Assembly: GCA_036278915.1 (NCBI GenBank)
Contig: DASUKB010000001.1
Location: 173,186 to 237,185, forward strand
DNA length: 64,000 nucleotides
Origin: Patescibacteria group bacterium
GTDB taxonomy: Bacteria; Patescibacteriota; Doudnabacteria; UBA920; O2-02-FULL-48-8
Direction of reading: 5' to 3'
Shown: piece by piece, positions 7,088 to 17,159 of the stretch
How the letters are laid out: every line of letters begins with the position of its first letter
Numbering within the stretch: position 1 is the stretch's first letter
Translations under genes and position numbers: made by a program
The notes under the pieces: generated by a model
Database searches by the model: none
Seen by the model: the letters and a program-made list of their open reading frames with translations, nothing else
What the model was told of the DNA's origin: nothing

Positions 7088-8306
7088 ATCAATTACATCC
7101 GTAAAAGTTACTGGCAAGCGCGTGGTTGTACGCGCGGGTTTTGATGTCCAATTGGAAAAGAAATCACACCATACCGAATTTACAGTTGTAGACGATACGC
7201 GGGTTCGCGATATTTTGCCTACGCTCAAATACCTTATCAAGCAGAAAGCGCGGATCGTGATAGTGTCGCACCTGGGCCGGCCGGAAGGATATGATGAGTC
7301 CAAATCTATGTGGCCAGTGGCTGAGGATTTGGCCCGGATTTTAAACTACAAACCCGTCAAAGTTACGGACCGCCTGCCTGAATACGCTGTGCCGCACGTG
7401 TATTTTTTGGCAAGTGACATCACCAAAAAAGATTACTCATCGATGAGTGAGAAAATTAGCCCCGGCGATATTTTGTTTTTGGAAAATGCAAGGTTTTATA
7501 AAGGGGAGCAGGAGAATGATCCTAAGTTTGTAAAAACCCTAGCTTCGTTTGGCGATATATATGTAGAGGATGCATTTTCCGTGGTCCACCGCAAAGAAGC
7601 TTCAACTTACGGTTTGGCCGAAAAATTACCGCATTATGCTGGCGTGTCTTTGCTCGGCGAAATAAAGTCTCTCAACCGCCTTACGCAAAACCCGGCGCAC
7701 CCGATGGTGCTTATAATGGGCGGAGCCAAAGTCGCGGATAAAGCCGGGACGATAAAAAATTTGGCCAAGCACGCGGACTTTATATTGGTCGGCGGCGCTT
7801 TGGGCAATTCGTTCCTCAAGGCCGCAGGCTACGAAACCGGCAAATCCAAAGTTGCAGATGTGGCCTTGGCCAAAGAGCTCCTGCGCAATTTTAAATCCAA
7901 AATTATCTTGCCCGCAGATATAATCGTGGCCAAATCCGAAGAGGGCGAAGCCCGTGCCTGCAGCGTGGCTGGCGTGCGGCCGAATGAAAATTTATATGAT
8001 ATCGGTCCGCAGACCGTGCTCAAGTTTTCATCTTACATCAAAAAAGCCAAGACCTTGGTTTGGAACGGCCCAATGGGTATAATAGAGATGAAGAAGTTTT
8101 CATTCGGATCCGCAGGTGTCGCCACTGCGTTTGCCGCCAGATCCCGCGGACCGGCATTTGGGGTCGTGGGCGGCGGGGAAACCATACAAGTTATAAATCG
8201 CGAGAAAGTTGCGGAATTTATAGACCATGTCTCCACAGGTGGGGGTGCGATGCTTGAATATTTAGCCGGCAAAAAATTGCCGGGAATAGAAATTTTGGAA
8301 AAATAA
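7080..8306 (+). CDS. pgk: phosphoglycerate kinase
   Basis: 408 aa. N-terminal KRVVVRAGFDV substrate-binding motif and overall PGK architecture. GTG start overlapping previous stop. Confidence 0.95.
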   Translation: MIKSITSVKVTGKRVVVRAGFDVQLEKKSHHTEFTVVDDTRVRDILPTLKYLIKQKARIVIVSHLGRPEGYDESKSMWPVAEDLARILNYKPVKVTDRLPEYAVPHVYFLASDITKKDYSSMSEKISPGDILFLENARFYKGEQENDPKFVKTLASFGDIYVEDAFSVVHRKEASTYGLAEKLPHYAGVSLLGEIKSLNRLTQNPAHPMVLIMGGAKVADKAGTIKNLAKHADFILVGGALGNSFLKAAGYETGKSKVADVALAKELLRNFKSKIILPADIIVAKSEEGEARACSVAGVRPNENLYDIGPQTVLKFSSYIKKAKTLVWNGPMGIIEMKKFSFGSAGVATAFAARSRGPAFGVVGGGETIQVINREKVAEFIDHVSTGGGAMLEYLAGKKLPGIEILEK

Positions 8307-8315
8307 GATTTATTT

Positions 8316-9920
8316 ATGCCAAAAAAGCTTTACAAAAAAGTTTTACTTATAATCCTCGACGGGTTTGGCGTGGCTACAGCGGGCCGCGGCAACGCAGTGA
8401 CGCTGGCAAACCCGCCCAACCTCAATGATTTCGTCAACAAGTACGCGGCCACCACGCTGCAGGCATCTGGACCGGCCGTGGGTCTGCCCTGGGGCGAAAA
8501 CGGCAACTCTGAAGCCGGACACCTAAATATTGGCTCTGGCCGCATAGTCGGCCAGGATATGCCGCGCATCAACCTTGCCATAGAGGACCGATCATTTTTC
8601 AGCAACCCGTCGTTTATGGAAGCCATAGAGCACGCCAAAGCCAACAATTCCAATCTCCACCTTATGGGTATGGTGAGCCCGGGCGGCTTGCACAGCTTCG
8701 ATGAGCATCTGTATGCGCTCATTGGCCTGGCTGCGGAAGCTGGCATAGGCGACCGCACGTACGTGCATATGTTCACCGACGGCGAAGACAGCAAGGAAAC
8801 AGCATTGCAGGCTTTGGATAAATTGCAAAAACGCATGGACCGCATCCACGCCGGCAAAATTGCGACTATTATGGGGAGATTTTATGCCATGGATCGCGCG
8901 GATCATTGGAACCTGACAGAACAAGCTTACCGTTGCATGGTGTTTGCCGAAGGGCAGCAGGAAAAAAGTGCGCTGAATGCGCTCACCGAATACGCCAGCC
9001 AAAATATAAAAGACCATATGATACCGCCGACTGTGATTCTGCAAGCCGACGGCTCAGCCATCAAAATTACGGATGGTGACGCGCTCATACATTTCAATTA
9101 TCGGCCCGACCGCGCCATACAGCTGACCAAAGCCTTCACCGAGCAGCACCTCAAAAAATTCATCCAGCCGTATACACCGCTTAAGGACATTATAATGGTG
9201 ACGATGACCGAGTATATAGACGGGCTGAACGTAAAAATCGCATTCCCGCCGATTCCTTTGACCAATGGCTTGGCCGAAATGATAAGCAAGCGTGGGCTGC
9301 GGCAGTTCCACTGCGCTGAGTCTGAAAAATTCGCGCACGTTTCGATTTTTTTTGACGGCGGCATCCATCCGTTTCCGGGAGAAGATCGCGAGATCGTGAG
9401 TTCTCCAGCCAGCAATTACCAAAATTACGCCAACTCGCCGGAAATGTCGGCTTACCAGCTGACGGATATGCTCATCGGCAAGCTCGATCAGAACTATACA
9501 TTTTATGTCGTGAACTTTGCCAACACCGACATGGTCGGGCACACCGGCAATCCGATGGCCTGCATCCAGGCCGTGACTTCGGTGGATACGTGCTTGGGAA
9601 AGTTGGCGGCCAAATGCCTGCAGGAAGATATTTGCATGATCATCACAGCCGATCACGGAAATATTGAGGAAATTATAGACCACCGCTCCGGTAATGTTGA
9701 GACTGAACACTCGTCCAATCCGGTGCCGTTCATAATTATTGCAAATGATTTTGCGCGCAAGAATCCCAAAGGCGGCGGTATAGAGAGTTTGGCTGGAGTT
9801 TTGCCAGTGGGCGTACTTTCCGACGTTGCACCCACCGTGCTGGAACTGCTGGGTATCCCCAAGCCTTCGGAAATGACTGGAGTGAGTTTACTGGGACAAG
9901 TCCAGCCACAAGTAAAATAA
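8316..9920 (+). CDS. gpmI: 2,3-bisphosphoglycerate-independent phosphoglycerate mutase
   Basis: 534 aa. ILDGFG and GNSEAGHLNIGSGRIV metal-binding motifs of iPGM (alkaline-phosphatase superfamily). Confidence 0.9.
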   Translation: MPKKLYKKVLLIILDGFGVATAGRGNAVTLANPPNLNDFVNKYAATTLQASGPAVGLPWGENGNSEAGHLNIGSGRIVGQDMPRINLAIEDRSFFSNPSFMEAIEHAKANNSNLHLMGMVSPGGLHSFDEHLYALIGLAAEAGIGDRTYVHMFTDGEDSKETALQALDKLQKRMDRIHAGKIATIMGRFYAMDRADHWNLTEQAYRCMVFAEGQQEKSALNALTEYASQNIKDHMIPPTVILQADGSAIKITDGDALIHFNYRPDRAIQLTKAFTEQHLKKFIQPYTPLKDIIMVTMTEYIDGLNVKIAFPPIPLTNGLAEMISKRGLRQFHCAESEKFAHVSIFFDGGIHPFPGEDREIVSSPASNYQNYANSPEMSAYQLTDMLIGKLDQNYTFYVVNFANTDMVGHTGNPMACIQAVTSVDTCLGKLAAKCLQEDICMIITADHGNIEEIIDHRSGNVETEHSSNPVPFIIIANDFARKNPKGGGIESLAGVLPVGVLSDVAPTVLELLGIPKPSEMTGVSLLGQVQPQVK

Positions 9921-9939
9921 TCTAAGTCTAACAAAAATT

Positions 9940-9968
9940 TACACCCCATTTGTATGGGGTGTTTATTG
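9940..9968 (+). terminator. rho-independent terminator after gpmI
   Basis: ACACCCCAT-TTGT-ATGGGGTGT followed by TTATTGTG. Confidence 0.55.
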
Positions 9969-9977
9969 TGCTAGAAT
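9969..9977 (+). promoter_or_regulatory. extended -10 (TGcTAGAAT) upstream of recJ
   Basis: TG-n-TAGAAT, 27 nt before ATG 10005. Confidence 0.4.
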
Positions 9978-10004
9978 GCAGACATAATTTAATTACGAAA
10001 CGTA

Positions 10005-11690
10005 ATGAAAAAGCGCTGGGTGGTGAAAGAGAAACCAAACGAGATCCCAAATTTGCCAGAGTACGAAGGCCTGGTTTTGGGATTGCTGGCGGCAAGAGGG
10101 CTTACCACCAAAGAACAAATCGAAGATTTTTTAAATCCAGATTACAACAAACTGCATGACCCGTTTTTGTTCGCAGATATGCAAAAGATATGTGCGCGTA
10201 TTTTTGATGCCATAAAAAATCAGGAAAAAATTGTCATTTATTCTGACTACGATGCCGATGCCATAACCGCGCTTGCGGTAATGTACCTGGCGCTCAAAAA
10301 ATTGGGAGCAAATCTGGATTATTATATCCCGGACCGGTTTGCTGAAGGCTATGGCATGAATGTTGAGGCTGTCAAAAAACTTTGCGAAGACGGCGCCAAA
10401 ATCATAATCACTGTGGACTGCGGCATCAATGCGGTGGAAGAAACTAACATCGCGCAAAGTTTGGGGACGGATGTTATAATTACCGACCACCACGAGCTTA
10501 CTGACGAATTGCCGAAAGCGTTTGCAATCATAAATCCCAAGAATCCGAATGATAACTATCCATTTCGGTTTCTCACCGGCGTCGGAGTGGCGTTTAAAGT
10601 TGTGCAGGCTTTGTTTAGGGGTGAGATTCTTTCCGGATGGGAAAAGTGGCTTTTGGATTTGGTTGCAATCGGTACTGTGGCTGATTTGCAGCCGCTCACG
10701 GGTGAAAATCGAATTTTGGTCAGCTTTGGCCTGAAGGTTCTGCACAAAACCAAATGGGCTGGTTTGCGCACGCTTATAAAGCTTGCAGGAGTAGACAGCA
10801 AAATTCCTGATACTTATACACTCGGGTTCATAATCGCGCCGCGCATCAATGCGGCCGGCAGGATAAAACACGCAGATGTCGCATTTAAACTACTGGTTTG
10901 TGAGGACGAAGCAGAAGCGCAAACGTTGGCCGAGGAATTAAACCAGCTCAATACTCACCGCCAACAGCTGACCGAGCAGGTCCTCTCTGAAGCGCGCAGT
11001 CAGGTTGAATTGATAGAAAACAAGAAAGTTCTGCTCGCTGCAGGCGCTGACTGGCCCAAAGGCGTGGTTGGTCTGGTGGCCGGCAAATTGGTAGAGGAGT
11101 ATGGCCGACCAGTGCTGGTAATGGATCGGGGGGAATTGGTAGCCACGGGTTCTGCGCGTTCCGTGCGCAACTTTGATATTGTCGCGGCTCTCACTCACGC
11201 CAAGGATCTGCTCACCAAATACGGCGGGCATACGCAAGCTGCGGGATTCACGCTTGTCACCGAAAACATTCCAGCTTTGCATCAGAAATTGCTAGAGTAT
11301 GCCGAGACTTTGGACGAGGAAACCTTGTCGCCAGTTTTGGAAGCGGATGCAGAGCTTGCGCCTCTGGATTTAAATATGGAAAATTACGATTTGATTTCCA
11401 AATTTGCGCCGTTTGGGTATGGTAACCACAAACCGAAGTTTTTAATTTCGTCTGTTGAAGTTTTAGAAATTCGACTCGTGGGCAAAGAATCTCGCCACTT
11501 GAAACTGCGGTTGCGAGCCGCTGAGAAAGTTTTGGACGCCATTGGATTCAATCTGGGGTTTTGGGCAGGTTCCCTTGAGCCTGGGGGCAAAGTTGATCTA
11601 ATGTTTGAACTTGACTGCAACGAGTGGAATAACCAAAAGAATTTGGAGCTTAAAATTTTGGATCTAAGAAAAAATAATTTAAAATTATAA
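10005..11690 (+). CDS. recJ: single-stranded-DNA-specific exonuclease RecJ
   Basis: 561 aa. DHH family motifs (IYSDYDADAITA, ITDHHE) and DHHA1-like C-terminal region. Confidence 0.9.
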   Translation: MKKRWVVKEKPNEIPNLPEYEGLVLGLLAARGLTTKEQIEDFLNPDYNKLHDPFLFADMQKICARIFDAIKNQEKIVIYSDYDADAITALAVMYLALKKLGANLDYYIPDRFAEGYGMNVEAVKKLCEDGAKIIITVDCGINAVEETNIAQSLGTDVIITDHHELTDELPKAFAIINPKNPNDNYPFRFLTGVGVAFKVVQALFRGEILSGWEKWLLDLVAIGTVADLQPLTGENRILVSFGLKVLHKTKWAGLRTLIKLAGVDSKIPDTYTLGFIIAPRINAAGRIKHADVAFKLLVCEDEAEAQTLAEELNQLNTHRQQLTEQVLSEARSQVELIENKKVLLAAGADWPKGVVGLVAGKLVEEYGRPVLVMDRGELVATGSARSVRNFDIVAALTHAKDLLTKYGGHTQAAGFTLVTENIPALHQKLLEYAETLDEETLSPVLEADAELAPLDLNMENYDLISKFAPFGYGNHKPKFLISSVEVLEIRLVGKESRHLKLRLRAAEKVLDAIGFNLGFWAGSLEPGGKVDLMFELDCNEWNNQKNLELKILDLRKNNLKL

Positions 11691-11692
11691 AT

Positions 11693-12109
11693 ATGCCGAA
11701 TAAATTGATTATGTACACGGATGGTGGTGCGCGTGGCAATCCTGGTCCGGCCGCAATAGGCGTCGCCATTTATGAAGCGGGGCGCATCAATGAGCCTCTC
11801 AAAACCTTCGGCAAATATTTGGGCGAGACTACGAATAATCAGGCCGAGTACCGCGCGCTTATCGCAGGTTTGGAAATGTGCAAGGCTTTGAACGCCTCAC
11901 ATGTGGTTTGCTACATGGATTCGGAATTGGTCGTACGGCAAATCACGGGTGTTTATAAAATCAAAGAGGCCGGTCTCAAAGAGCTGGCCATGGACGCCAT
12001 ACGGCTGAAGAATAATTTTGACATTGTGGAATTTAAACACGTGCCGCGCGAAAAGAACAAACTCGCTGACCGGCTGGTCAATGAGTGTTTAGATAATGAA
12101 TTGAGATAA
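11693..12109 (+). CDS. rnhA: ribonuclease HI
   Basis: 138 aa. YTDGGARGNPGPAAIGV and catalytic D/E/D pattern of type-1 RNase H. Confidence 0.85.
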   Translation: MPNKLIMYTDGGARGNPGPAAIGVAIYEAGRINEPLKTFGKYLGETTNNQAEYRALIAGLEMCKALNASHVVCYMDSELVVRQITGVYKIKEAGLKELAMDAIRLKNNFDIVEFKHVPREKNKLADRLVNECLDNELR

Positions 12110-12116
12110 ATTTTGG

Positions 12117-13391
12117 TTACCGAATTTTATAACTTGCCAAATGCATGTCGTCAAACACCGTCAGAACCGACCCATTGCTGTTGAGCGTAAATTGGGAGTT
12201 GGGTCCGACATTGGTCAGGATGGTGTAGATATTGCGATGATCACGGCCATCCAGCTCCACTGCTTTGATGGCATTTTCATTTTCGAAAAATACATAGCCG
12301 TCGTAAGAATTGATAACGGGATGATTTAGAGTGCTAATGGAGCGCAAGATCAGTTCCGTTTTTTTCTGCTGCGGATCATATAGGAGAATGTCGTTGGCGT
12401 CGGCAAACAACAGTTCATGGCTTGCTGTATCATAGCTTGCAGCCGTGGCGCCGTCGTAGATTTTTTCTAAACTGTCATTAAGTTTATAAAGCGATTTGTC
12501 TAAAAGCAGAAAAGTATTCCCTTCGCCGCGGATGATTTGCGCGTTTTGAGAAGTGGGCAGATTTGTGTAAATTGTAGTCGTAACTTTGGTGCGCAAATTA
12601 TATTCTTTCAGCAATTGGCCCTGCACGTACCAGAGGTTTTCACCATCCATGCTAAAACCCGAAACATTGGTATCCACGGTCTGCGGGTCATTAGCAGACA
12701 GAACCTGCAGCTGTCGTGCAGCCAGAATGGCGAAATTGTCGCCGTCGGTTTGCACCTGACTAATGCTTGAGATATCTGGCACCGAAAACGAATGGCTTTG
12801 GAAATAGCTTAGAACTTTAGCCGCATTGCTCCAGCGCAAATTTTCCGTAAATGTGAGGGGCACATAAAAATTTCCTATATTGCCCAGCTGCTGTGTGCTC
12901 TGGCTGCCAACGTCATAAATATGCAAATTATTATTTTGGATGTAAGCAATTTCGGTGCCATTATCCGATAAGCTGGAGAAATTATCGGACATTTCGATTT
13001 GTTGTTGCGGTTCGGCAAGAAACAGCGTGATAAAATCTCGGTCAAAGTTAACCCAGGTCGCAAGCTGCGGGTCTACGCTCAGCCGCTTAGTCCAGGACTG
13101 GTAGCCGGTTTTTTCTATCCGGACATTGTAATCGCCAGGCAGCACGAAACGCACAGTCTCAGGCGTTAATCCTTGAGCCTTTTGATTATTAAGATAAATA
13201 TCTGCTTTGTCGGGCATGGTTTGGACTATGAGTACCCCGGTTTTCACGATCTTGTGGTGCGTCCAGTCTATCTCATAGCCGATTGTAAACAAAACCAGGA
13301 GAGGGACAATTACCACAAATATGAGGATTCCAAACCCGACTAGTAGAAATCGATTGCGTAAAGTCATATAATACCTACTAATTTTACGCAA
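12117..13391 (-). CDS. membrane-anchored PEGA-domain protein with beta-propeller-like C-terminal region
   Basis: 424 aa. N-terminal TM. PEGA-like LPGDYNVRIEKTGYQSW. Convergent with rnhA (7-nt gap). Confidence 0.7.
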   Translation of the reverse strand: MRKISRYYMTLRNRFLLVGFGILIFVVIVPLLVLFTIGYEIDWTHHKIVKTGVLIVQTMPDKADIYLNNQKAQGLTPETVRFVLPGDYNVRIEKTGYQSWTKRLSVDPQLATWVNFDRDFITLFLAEPQQQIEMSDNFSSLSDNGTEIAYIQNNNLHIYDVGSQSTQQLGNIGNFYVPLTFTENLRWSNAAKVLSYFQSHSFSVPDISSISQVQTDGDNFAILAARQLQVLSANDPQTVDTNVSGFSMDGENLWYVQGQLLKEYNLRTKVTTTIYTNLPTSQNAQIIRGEGNTFLLLDKSLYKLNDSLEKIYDGATAASYDTASHELLFADANDILLYDPQQKKTELILRSISTLNHPVINSYDGYVFFENENAIKAVELDGRDHRNIYTILTNVGPNSQFTLNSNGSVLTVFDDMHLASYKIR

Positions 13392-13433
13392 AATTGAGGC
13401 AATTTACAAGGCGACCGCTTTTGAGCGGCAAAG

Positions 13434-13462
13434 TTGGACTTATATCAAATATTTGCTAATAT
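13434..13462 (+). promoter_or_regulatory. sigma70-like promoter for murA (TTGGAC-17-TAATAT)
   Basis: ORF-track TTG start at 13434 coincides with the -35 hexamer. SD-like GAGG 5 nt before ATG 13473. Confidence 0.45.
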
Positions 13463-13472
13463 AGTGAGGCTT

Positions 13473-14729
13473 ATGTCCAAATTTATAATTACAGGCGGGA
13501 AACCGCTTGCAGGTGAAATCAAAGTTTCGGGATCAAAAAACGCAATCGTGGCGCTGATGGCCGCGTCGCTTTTGACTCAAGATGAATGTGTCATCACCAA
13601 TGTTCCAGAAATTTCCGACGTCCAAAGTTTAATTGAAATATTAAAAGAATTAGGCGTACAGGTTGAATACGGCAAACATAAACTGGTCATCAGAGCAGAG
13701 AATATCGCAAAGGTGAATCCGAGTGCCGAACTGGTTGGCAAACTTCGCGGTTCGATTTTGCTTTTAGGTCCAATCCTTGCTCGCAAACATGAGGTGGATT
13801 TCCCTTTTCCGGGAGGGGATCTTATCGGCAAGCGACCTATCAATGCTCACACCGATGCATTCAAAAATTTGGGAGCCTTAGTGGATACTTCAAACGGCAC
13901 TCTTAAAATTACGGCTGATAATTTGAAGGGCAGCAAAGTCGTCCTAACCGAAACATCTGTTACCGCCACCGAAAATATCATGCTGGCCGCGGCTCTGGCA
14001 GAAGGACCTACCACAATCAAACTGGCGGCAATGGAACCGCATGTGCAGCAACTTGGGTTGTTCCTCAAAAAAATGGGAGCAAAGATTAAAGGCGTGGGCA
14101 CTCCAACTATTACAATTGAGGGCGTTGATAAATTACACGGGGCCAAAATCAAAGTTATTCCGGACGACAACGAGGCTTCGAGTTTGATTACAATGGCAGC
14201 CGTATGCGGTATGGACGTGAAGGTATCCAAACTTGAACCCGAGCATTTGGAAGACTATCTTTTGAAATTAAAAACGATGGGAGTGAATTTTGAAGTCGGG
14301 GAAGATTATGTCCGCGTGAAAAAATCTGATACGCTCATGGGAATTGCCAAACTGCAATGCGGATTTTATCCGAAATTAAATTCCGACTATATACCGCCGA
14401 TGTCTGTCTTGGCCACACAGGCTACTGGCGAAACCGTGATATATGACTGGATGTATGAAAATCGCACAGGTTACGCAACGGAATTAAACAAAATGGGCGC
14501 GCAAATTGAAGTTTTGGATCCGCACCGAGTAAAAATTGCAGGCCCGACTAAATTGCATGAGGCATCACTAAGCGCAGGAGATTTGCGCATGGGCATGACT
14601 TTGGTAATTGCCGCTTTGATAGCCGAAGGTAAATCTGAAATCAATGACGTGCATCACATCGACCGCGGGTATGAAAATTTAGAAAAAAGATTGCGAATGC
14701 TAGGCGCAGATATTAAGAGGGCGAATTAA
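13473..14729 (+). CDS. murA: UDP-N-acetylglucosamine 1-carboxyvinyltransferase
   Basis: FIITGGKPLAGEIKVSGSKNA N-terminal signature of MurA/EPSP-synthase fold. About 418 aa from ATG 13473. Confidence 0.9.
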   Translation: MSKFIITGGKPLAGEIKVSGSKNAIVALMAASLLTQDECVITNVPEISDVQSLIEILKELGVQVEYGKHKLVIRAENIAKVNPSAELVGKLRGSILLLGPILARKHEVDFPFPGGDLIGKRPINAHTDAFKNLGALVDTSNGTLKITADNLKGSKVVLTETSVTATENIMLAAALAEGPTTIKLAAMEPHVQQLGLFLKKMGAKIKGVGTPTITIEGVDKLHGAKIKVIPDDNEASSLITMAAVCGMDVKVSKLEPEHLEDYLLKLKTMGVNFEVGEDYVRVKKSDTLMGIAKLQCGFYPKLNSDYIPPMSVLATQATGETVIYDWMYENRTGYATELNKMGAQIEVLDPHRVKIAGPTKLHEASLSAGDLRMGMTLVIAALIAEGKSEINDVHHIDRGYENLEKRLRMLGADIKRAN

Positions 14730-14784
14730 CCTAATTCTAAACTGTTTAGATCAATTAGAAATTAAAAATTAGAAATTTTGATAT
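14730..14784 (+). promoter_or_regulatory. conserved AT-rich upstream module copy 2 (palindrome CTAAAC-T-GTTTAG + TCAATTAGAAATTAAAAATTAGAAATTTT)
   Basis: Aligned by eye to 2451-2518 and 58966-59014. Confidence 0.45.
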
Positions 14785-15792
14785 ATGTTTCTATCTAGAA
14801 TTGGAATTGATTTGGGCACGGCCAACACTTTGGTTTATGTTCCCAAGCACGGCATCATCATCAACGAGCCCACAGTGGTGGCTATTTCCGTAGGCGATAA
14901 TAAAATTTTAGCCGTTGGCGCAGAAGCCAAAGAAATGATCGGCCGCACGCCAGACAATATAATCGCGCACCGGCCCATGAAGGACGGAGTCATTGCCGAC
15001 TACCGCGTCACAGAAGCCATGCTGCGCTATTTCATAAACAAAGCCGCAGGTTCGGTAAGATTCTTCCGGCCTGAGGTCATGATCTCCGTGCCGGGCGGAA
15101 TTACATCAACTGAACGCCGAGCTGTCATAGATGCTGCCACGCAAGCTGGAGCCAAATCTGCGTACGTCATCAAAGAAACCGTGGCCGCGGCAATCGGCGC
15201 CGGTATAGACATTGCCGCGCCCGCCGGTAACATGGTCATAGACATTGGCGGCGGTACCACCGATGTGGCCGTGCTGTCTTTGGGAGGCATAGTTACATCT
15301 ACGTCCGTGCGCGTGGCCGGCAACAAACTTGACGCAGCCATTGCCGAATACATTCGCAAAAAGCACGGGCTTTCTGTGGGCGACCGCACCGCGGAGGAAA
15401 TTAAGATTCAGATCGGGTCTGCTATACCCGTGGAAAAAGAAATCGCGCTTGAAATCCGCGGCCGCGATCTAGTCCATGGTCTGCCCAAAACCATCCAGGT
15501 CAAAACGAACGAAATAGTAGAAGCAATTTCTGAAGAGCTGCGCGAGATCGTAAAAGCGGTGCGCGCCGTGCTACAGGAGACGCCGCCGGAACTGGCTTCG
15601 GACATCATAGACAAAGGCATGGTCCTCACGGGCGGTTCGTCGCTTTTACGCAATTTGGATAAATACATCGGCCAGTCCACGGGCGTGCCTGCGTATGTTG
15701 CGGATGACGCGCTGCTCTGCGTTGCGCGCGGCACCGGCGCGGCGCTGGACAATTTGGAATCGTACAAAAAAAGCATTCTCGCGACGAAATAA
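14785..15792 (+). CDS. mreB: MreB/Mbl-family actin-like protein (paralog 1, not followed by mreCD)
   Basis: 335 aa. GIDLGTANTLVYV phosphate-1 motif, DIGGGTTDVAV phosphate-2. Confidence 0.9.
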   Translation: MFLSRIGIDLGTANTLVYVPKHGIIINEPTVVAISVGDNKILAVGAEAKEMIGRTPDNIIAHRPMKDGVIADYRVTEAMLRYFINKAAGSVRFFRPEVMISVPGGITSTERRAVIDAATQAGAKSAYVIKETVAAAIGAGIDIAAPAGNMVIDIGGGTTDVAVLSLGGIVTSTSVRVAGNKLDAAIAEYIRKKHGLSVGDRTAEEIKIQIGSAIPVEKEIALEIRGRDLVHGLPKTIQVKTNEIVEAISEELREIVKAVRAVLQETPPELASDIIDKGMVLTGGSSLLRNLDKYIGQSTGVPAYVADDALLCVARGTGAALDNLESYKKSILATK

Positions 15793-15851
15793 ATTATCCT
15801 GTGGTTTTCTACAGCTTGTACACAGGAAAAATATTTTTCTGCGAATTGCTT

Positions 15852-15879
15852 AGGAAAGTGGCTTCCTGAAAATTTTTTT
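15852..15879 (+). terminator. terminator-like hairpin + T-tract after mreB paralog 1
   Basis: AGGAAAG-TGG-CTTCCT followed by GAAAATTTTTTT. Confidence 0.4.
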
Positions 15880-16107
15880 GACGCAAAATTTCATGCGTGC
15901 CAGAATATTTGAGGTTAAGCCTACTAAACGTTTAGAAATAGAGAATAAAAAATCGGTAAGTCGTAATTGAAACTTCGCCTCTTTAGAGAGCAGGATCAAT
16001 TCAAAAAAGACCTACTGATTTTTTGTTGGAAAAAAAGAAACCCGACAACACACGATGTGTCGTCGGGTAAGTAGGCCTGGATTATTTTTTCAAAACAGGT
16101 TCCAGCA

Positions 16108-16247
16108 CCGAACAACCGCTCGGCCAGCCGCAATGCTGGGATCGTCAAAATCCGCTATTTATATGTATATAGAAGTGGATGTTGACTCACGCAAAATTTT
16201 CTGATGAAAATTTTGAGTGTCCGCATTGCGGCTGGCCTCGCTAATAA
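16108..16247. repeat. 140-bp repeat R1 copy 1 with 15-bp terminal inverted repeats (GGCCAGCCGCAATGC ... GCATTGCGGCTGGCC); MITE-like or structured ncRNA
   Basis: 137/140 identical to 25813-25952. Internal hairpin CAAAATTTTC-TGATG-GAAAATTTTG. Confidence 0.7.
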
Positions 16248-16262
16248 GTTATCCTGGAGGTT

Positions 16263-16291
16263 TTGTCAACGCTTGTGGCAAATGGTATAAT
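16263..16291 (+). promoter_or_regulatory. strong sigma70-like promoter (TTGTCA-17-TGgTATAAT) driving leaderless holB
   Basis: -10 ends 7 nt before ATG 16298, so the predicted TSS is at or near the A of ATG. Confidence 0.55.
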
Positions 16292-16297
16292 TTGTAT

Positions 16298-17158
16298 ATG
16301 TTTGAAACAATTGCGGGCCATGCGAAACAGAAACAATTACTAACCAAATCCATAGAATCTGGCAAAATTGCGCATGCATATGTTTTTGCCGGCCCAGGTT
16401 CGGTGGGCAAAAGATTAATCGCGAAAGGCTTTGCGAACGCTTTGTTAGGGATGAGCGATGAGGGGAGAGGGATGAGTTTCCACCCGGATCTTTTAGAAAT
16501 TGCAGGGGATGAACCCGTCAAAATTGAGCAGATTCGCGAATTGATTTATAAACTTTCGTTGCAGCCTTACCAAGCCAAATACAAAATCGCGCTCATTGAT
16601 AATGCTGAAAATATGACAACTGAAGCGCAGAACGCGCTCCTTAAGGCTTTGGAAGAACCCAAAAGCTACACGGTCATGATTTTAGTCACGGAAGCTTTTG
16701 GAAAACTTTTGGGTACGATTACTTCTCGGGCGCAGAAATTAAATTTCGGTCTTGTCCGTCCTGCAGACTTCCAAGCTTTGCTTCCGGCAAATTTACCTGA
16801 ATGCGATGTAAAACAAATCGCCGAGTTTGCTGCTGGTCGCCCCGGACTGGCAGTGCGGATTGCCAACGATTCGGATTTGCGCGAAACACTTTCGGAAATA
16901 AATAATAATTTGGAAATAATCAAATCACAAGATTTACCGGCCAAACTCAAACTGGCATATGATCTGGCAGAGCTCGAAACAGTAGAGCTGCGACAACAAT
17001 TTGATTTTTGGCTTGCCAGACTTGAACAGGATCTGCTGACAGAACCAGGCAAGCTCCCGGCTCGATATATTTCCGCGGTGGCGCGATCGCGAAAGCATCT
17101 GGATCAAAACGCCAACAGCAAACTGCTTTTGACCAATTTGATGCTCCAACTCAACTGA
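16298..17158 (+). CDS. holB: DNA polymerase III delta' subunit
   Basis: ORF track begins at 16217 (inside R1 repeat). ATG 16298 gives MFETIAGHAKQK...AHAYVFAGPGSVGKR Walker-A-like clamp-loader motif. Confidence 0.85.
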   Translation: MFETIAGHAKQKQLLTKSIESGKIAHAYVFAGPGSVGKRLIAKGFANALLGMSDEGRGMSFHPDLLEIAGDEPVKIEQIRELIYKLSLQPYQAKYKIALIDNAENMTTEAQNALLKALEEPKSYTVMILVTEAFGKLLGTITSRAQKLNFGLVRPADFQALLPANLPECDVKQIAEFAAGRPGLAVRIANDSDLRETLSEINNNLEIIKSQDLPAKLKLAYDLAELETVELRQQFDFWLARLEQDLLTEPGKLPARYISAVARSRKHLDQNANSKLLLTNLMLQLN

Positions 17159-17159
17159 C

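Noticed and set aside
10131-10871. 246-aa minus-strand ORF inside recJ
   Set aside because: It lies entirely within recJ on the opposite strand and has a low-complexity product.
13434-13472. ORF-track TTG start for murA at 13434 (and similar upstream starts at 16217, 44306, 51452, 59659)
   Set aside because: These coincide with -35/-10 hexamers, repeat elements or leader hairpins. Downstream ATG codons with better context (13473, 16298, 44393, 51539 or 51632, 59767) are preferred.
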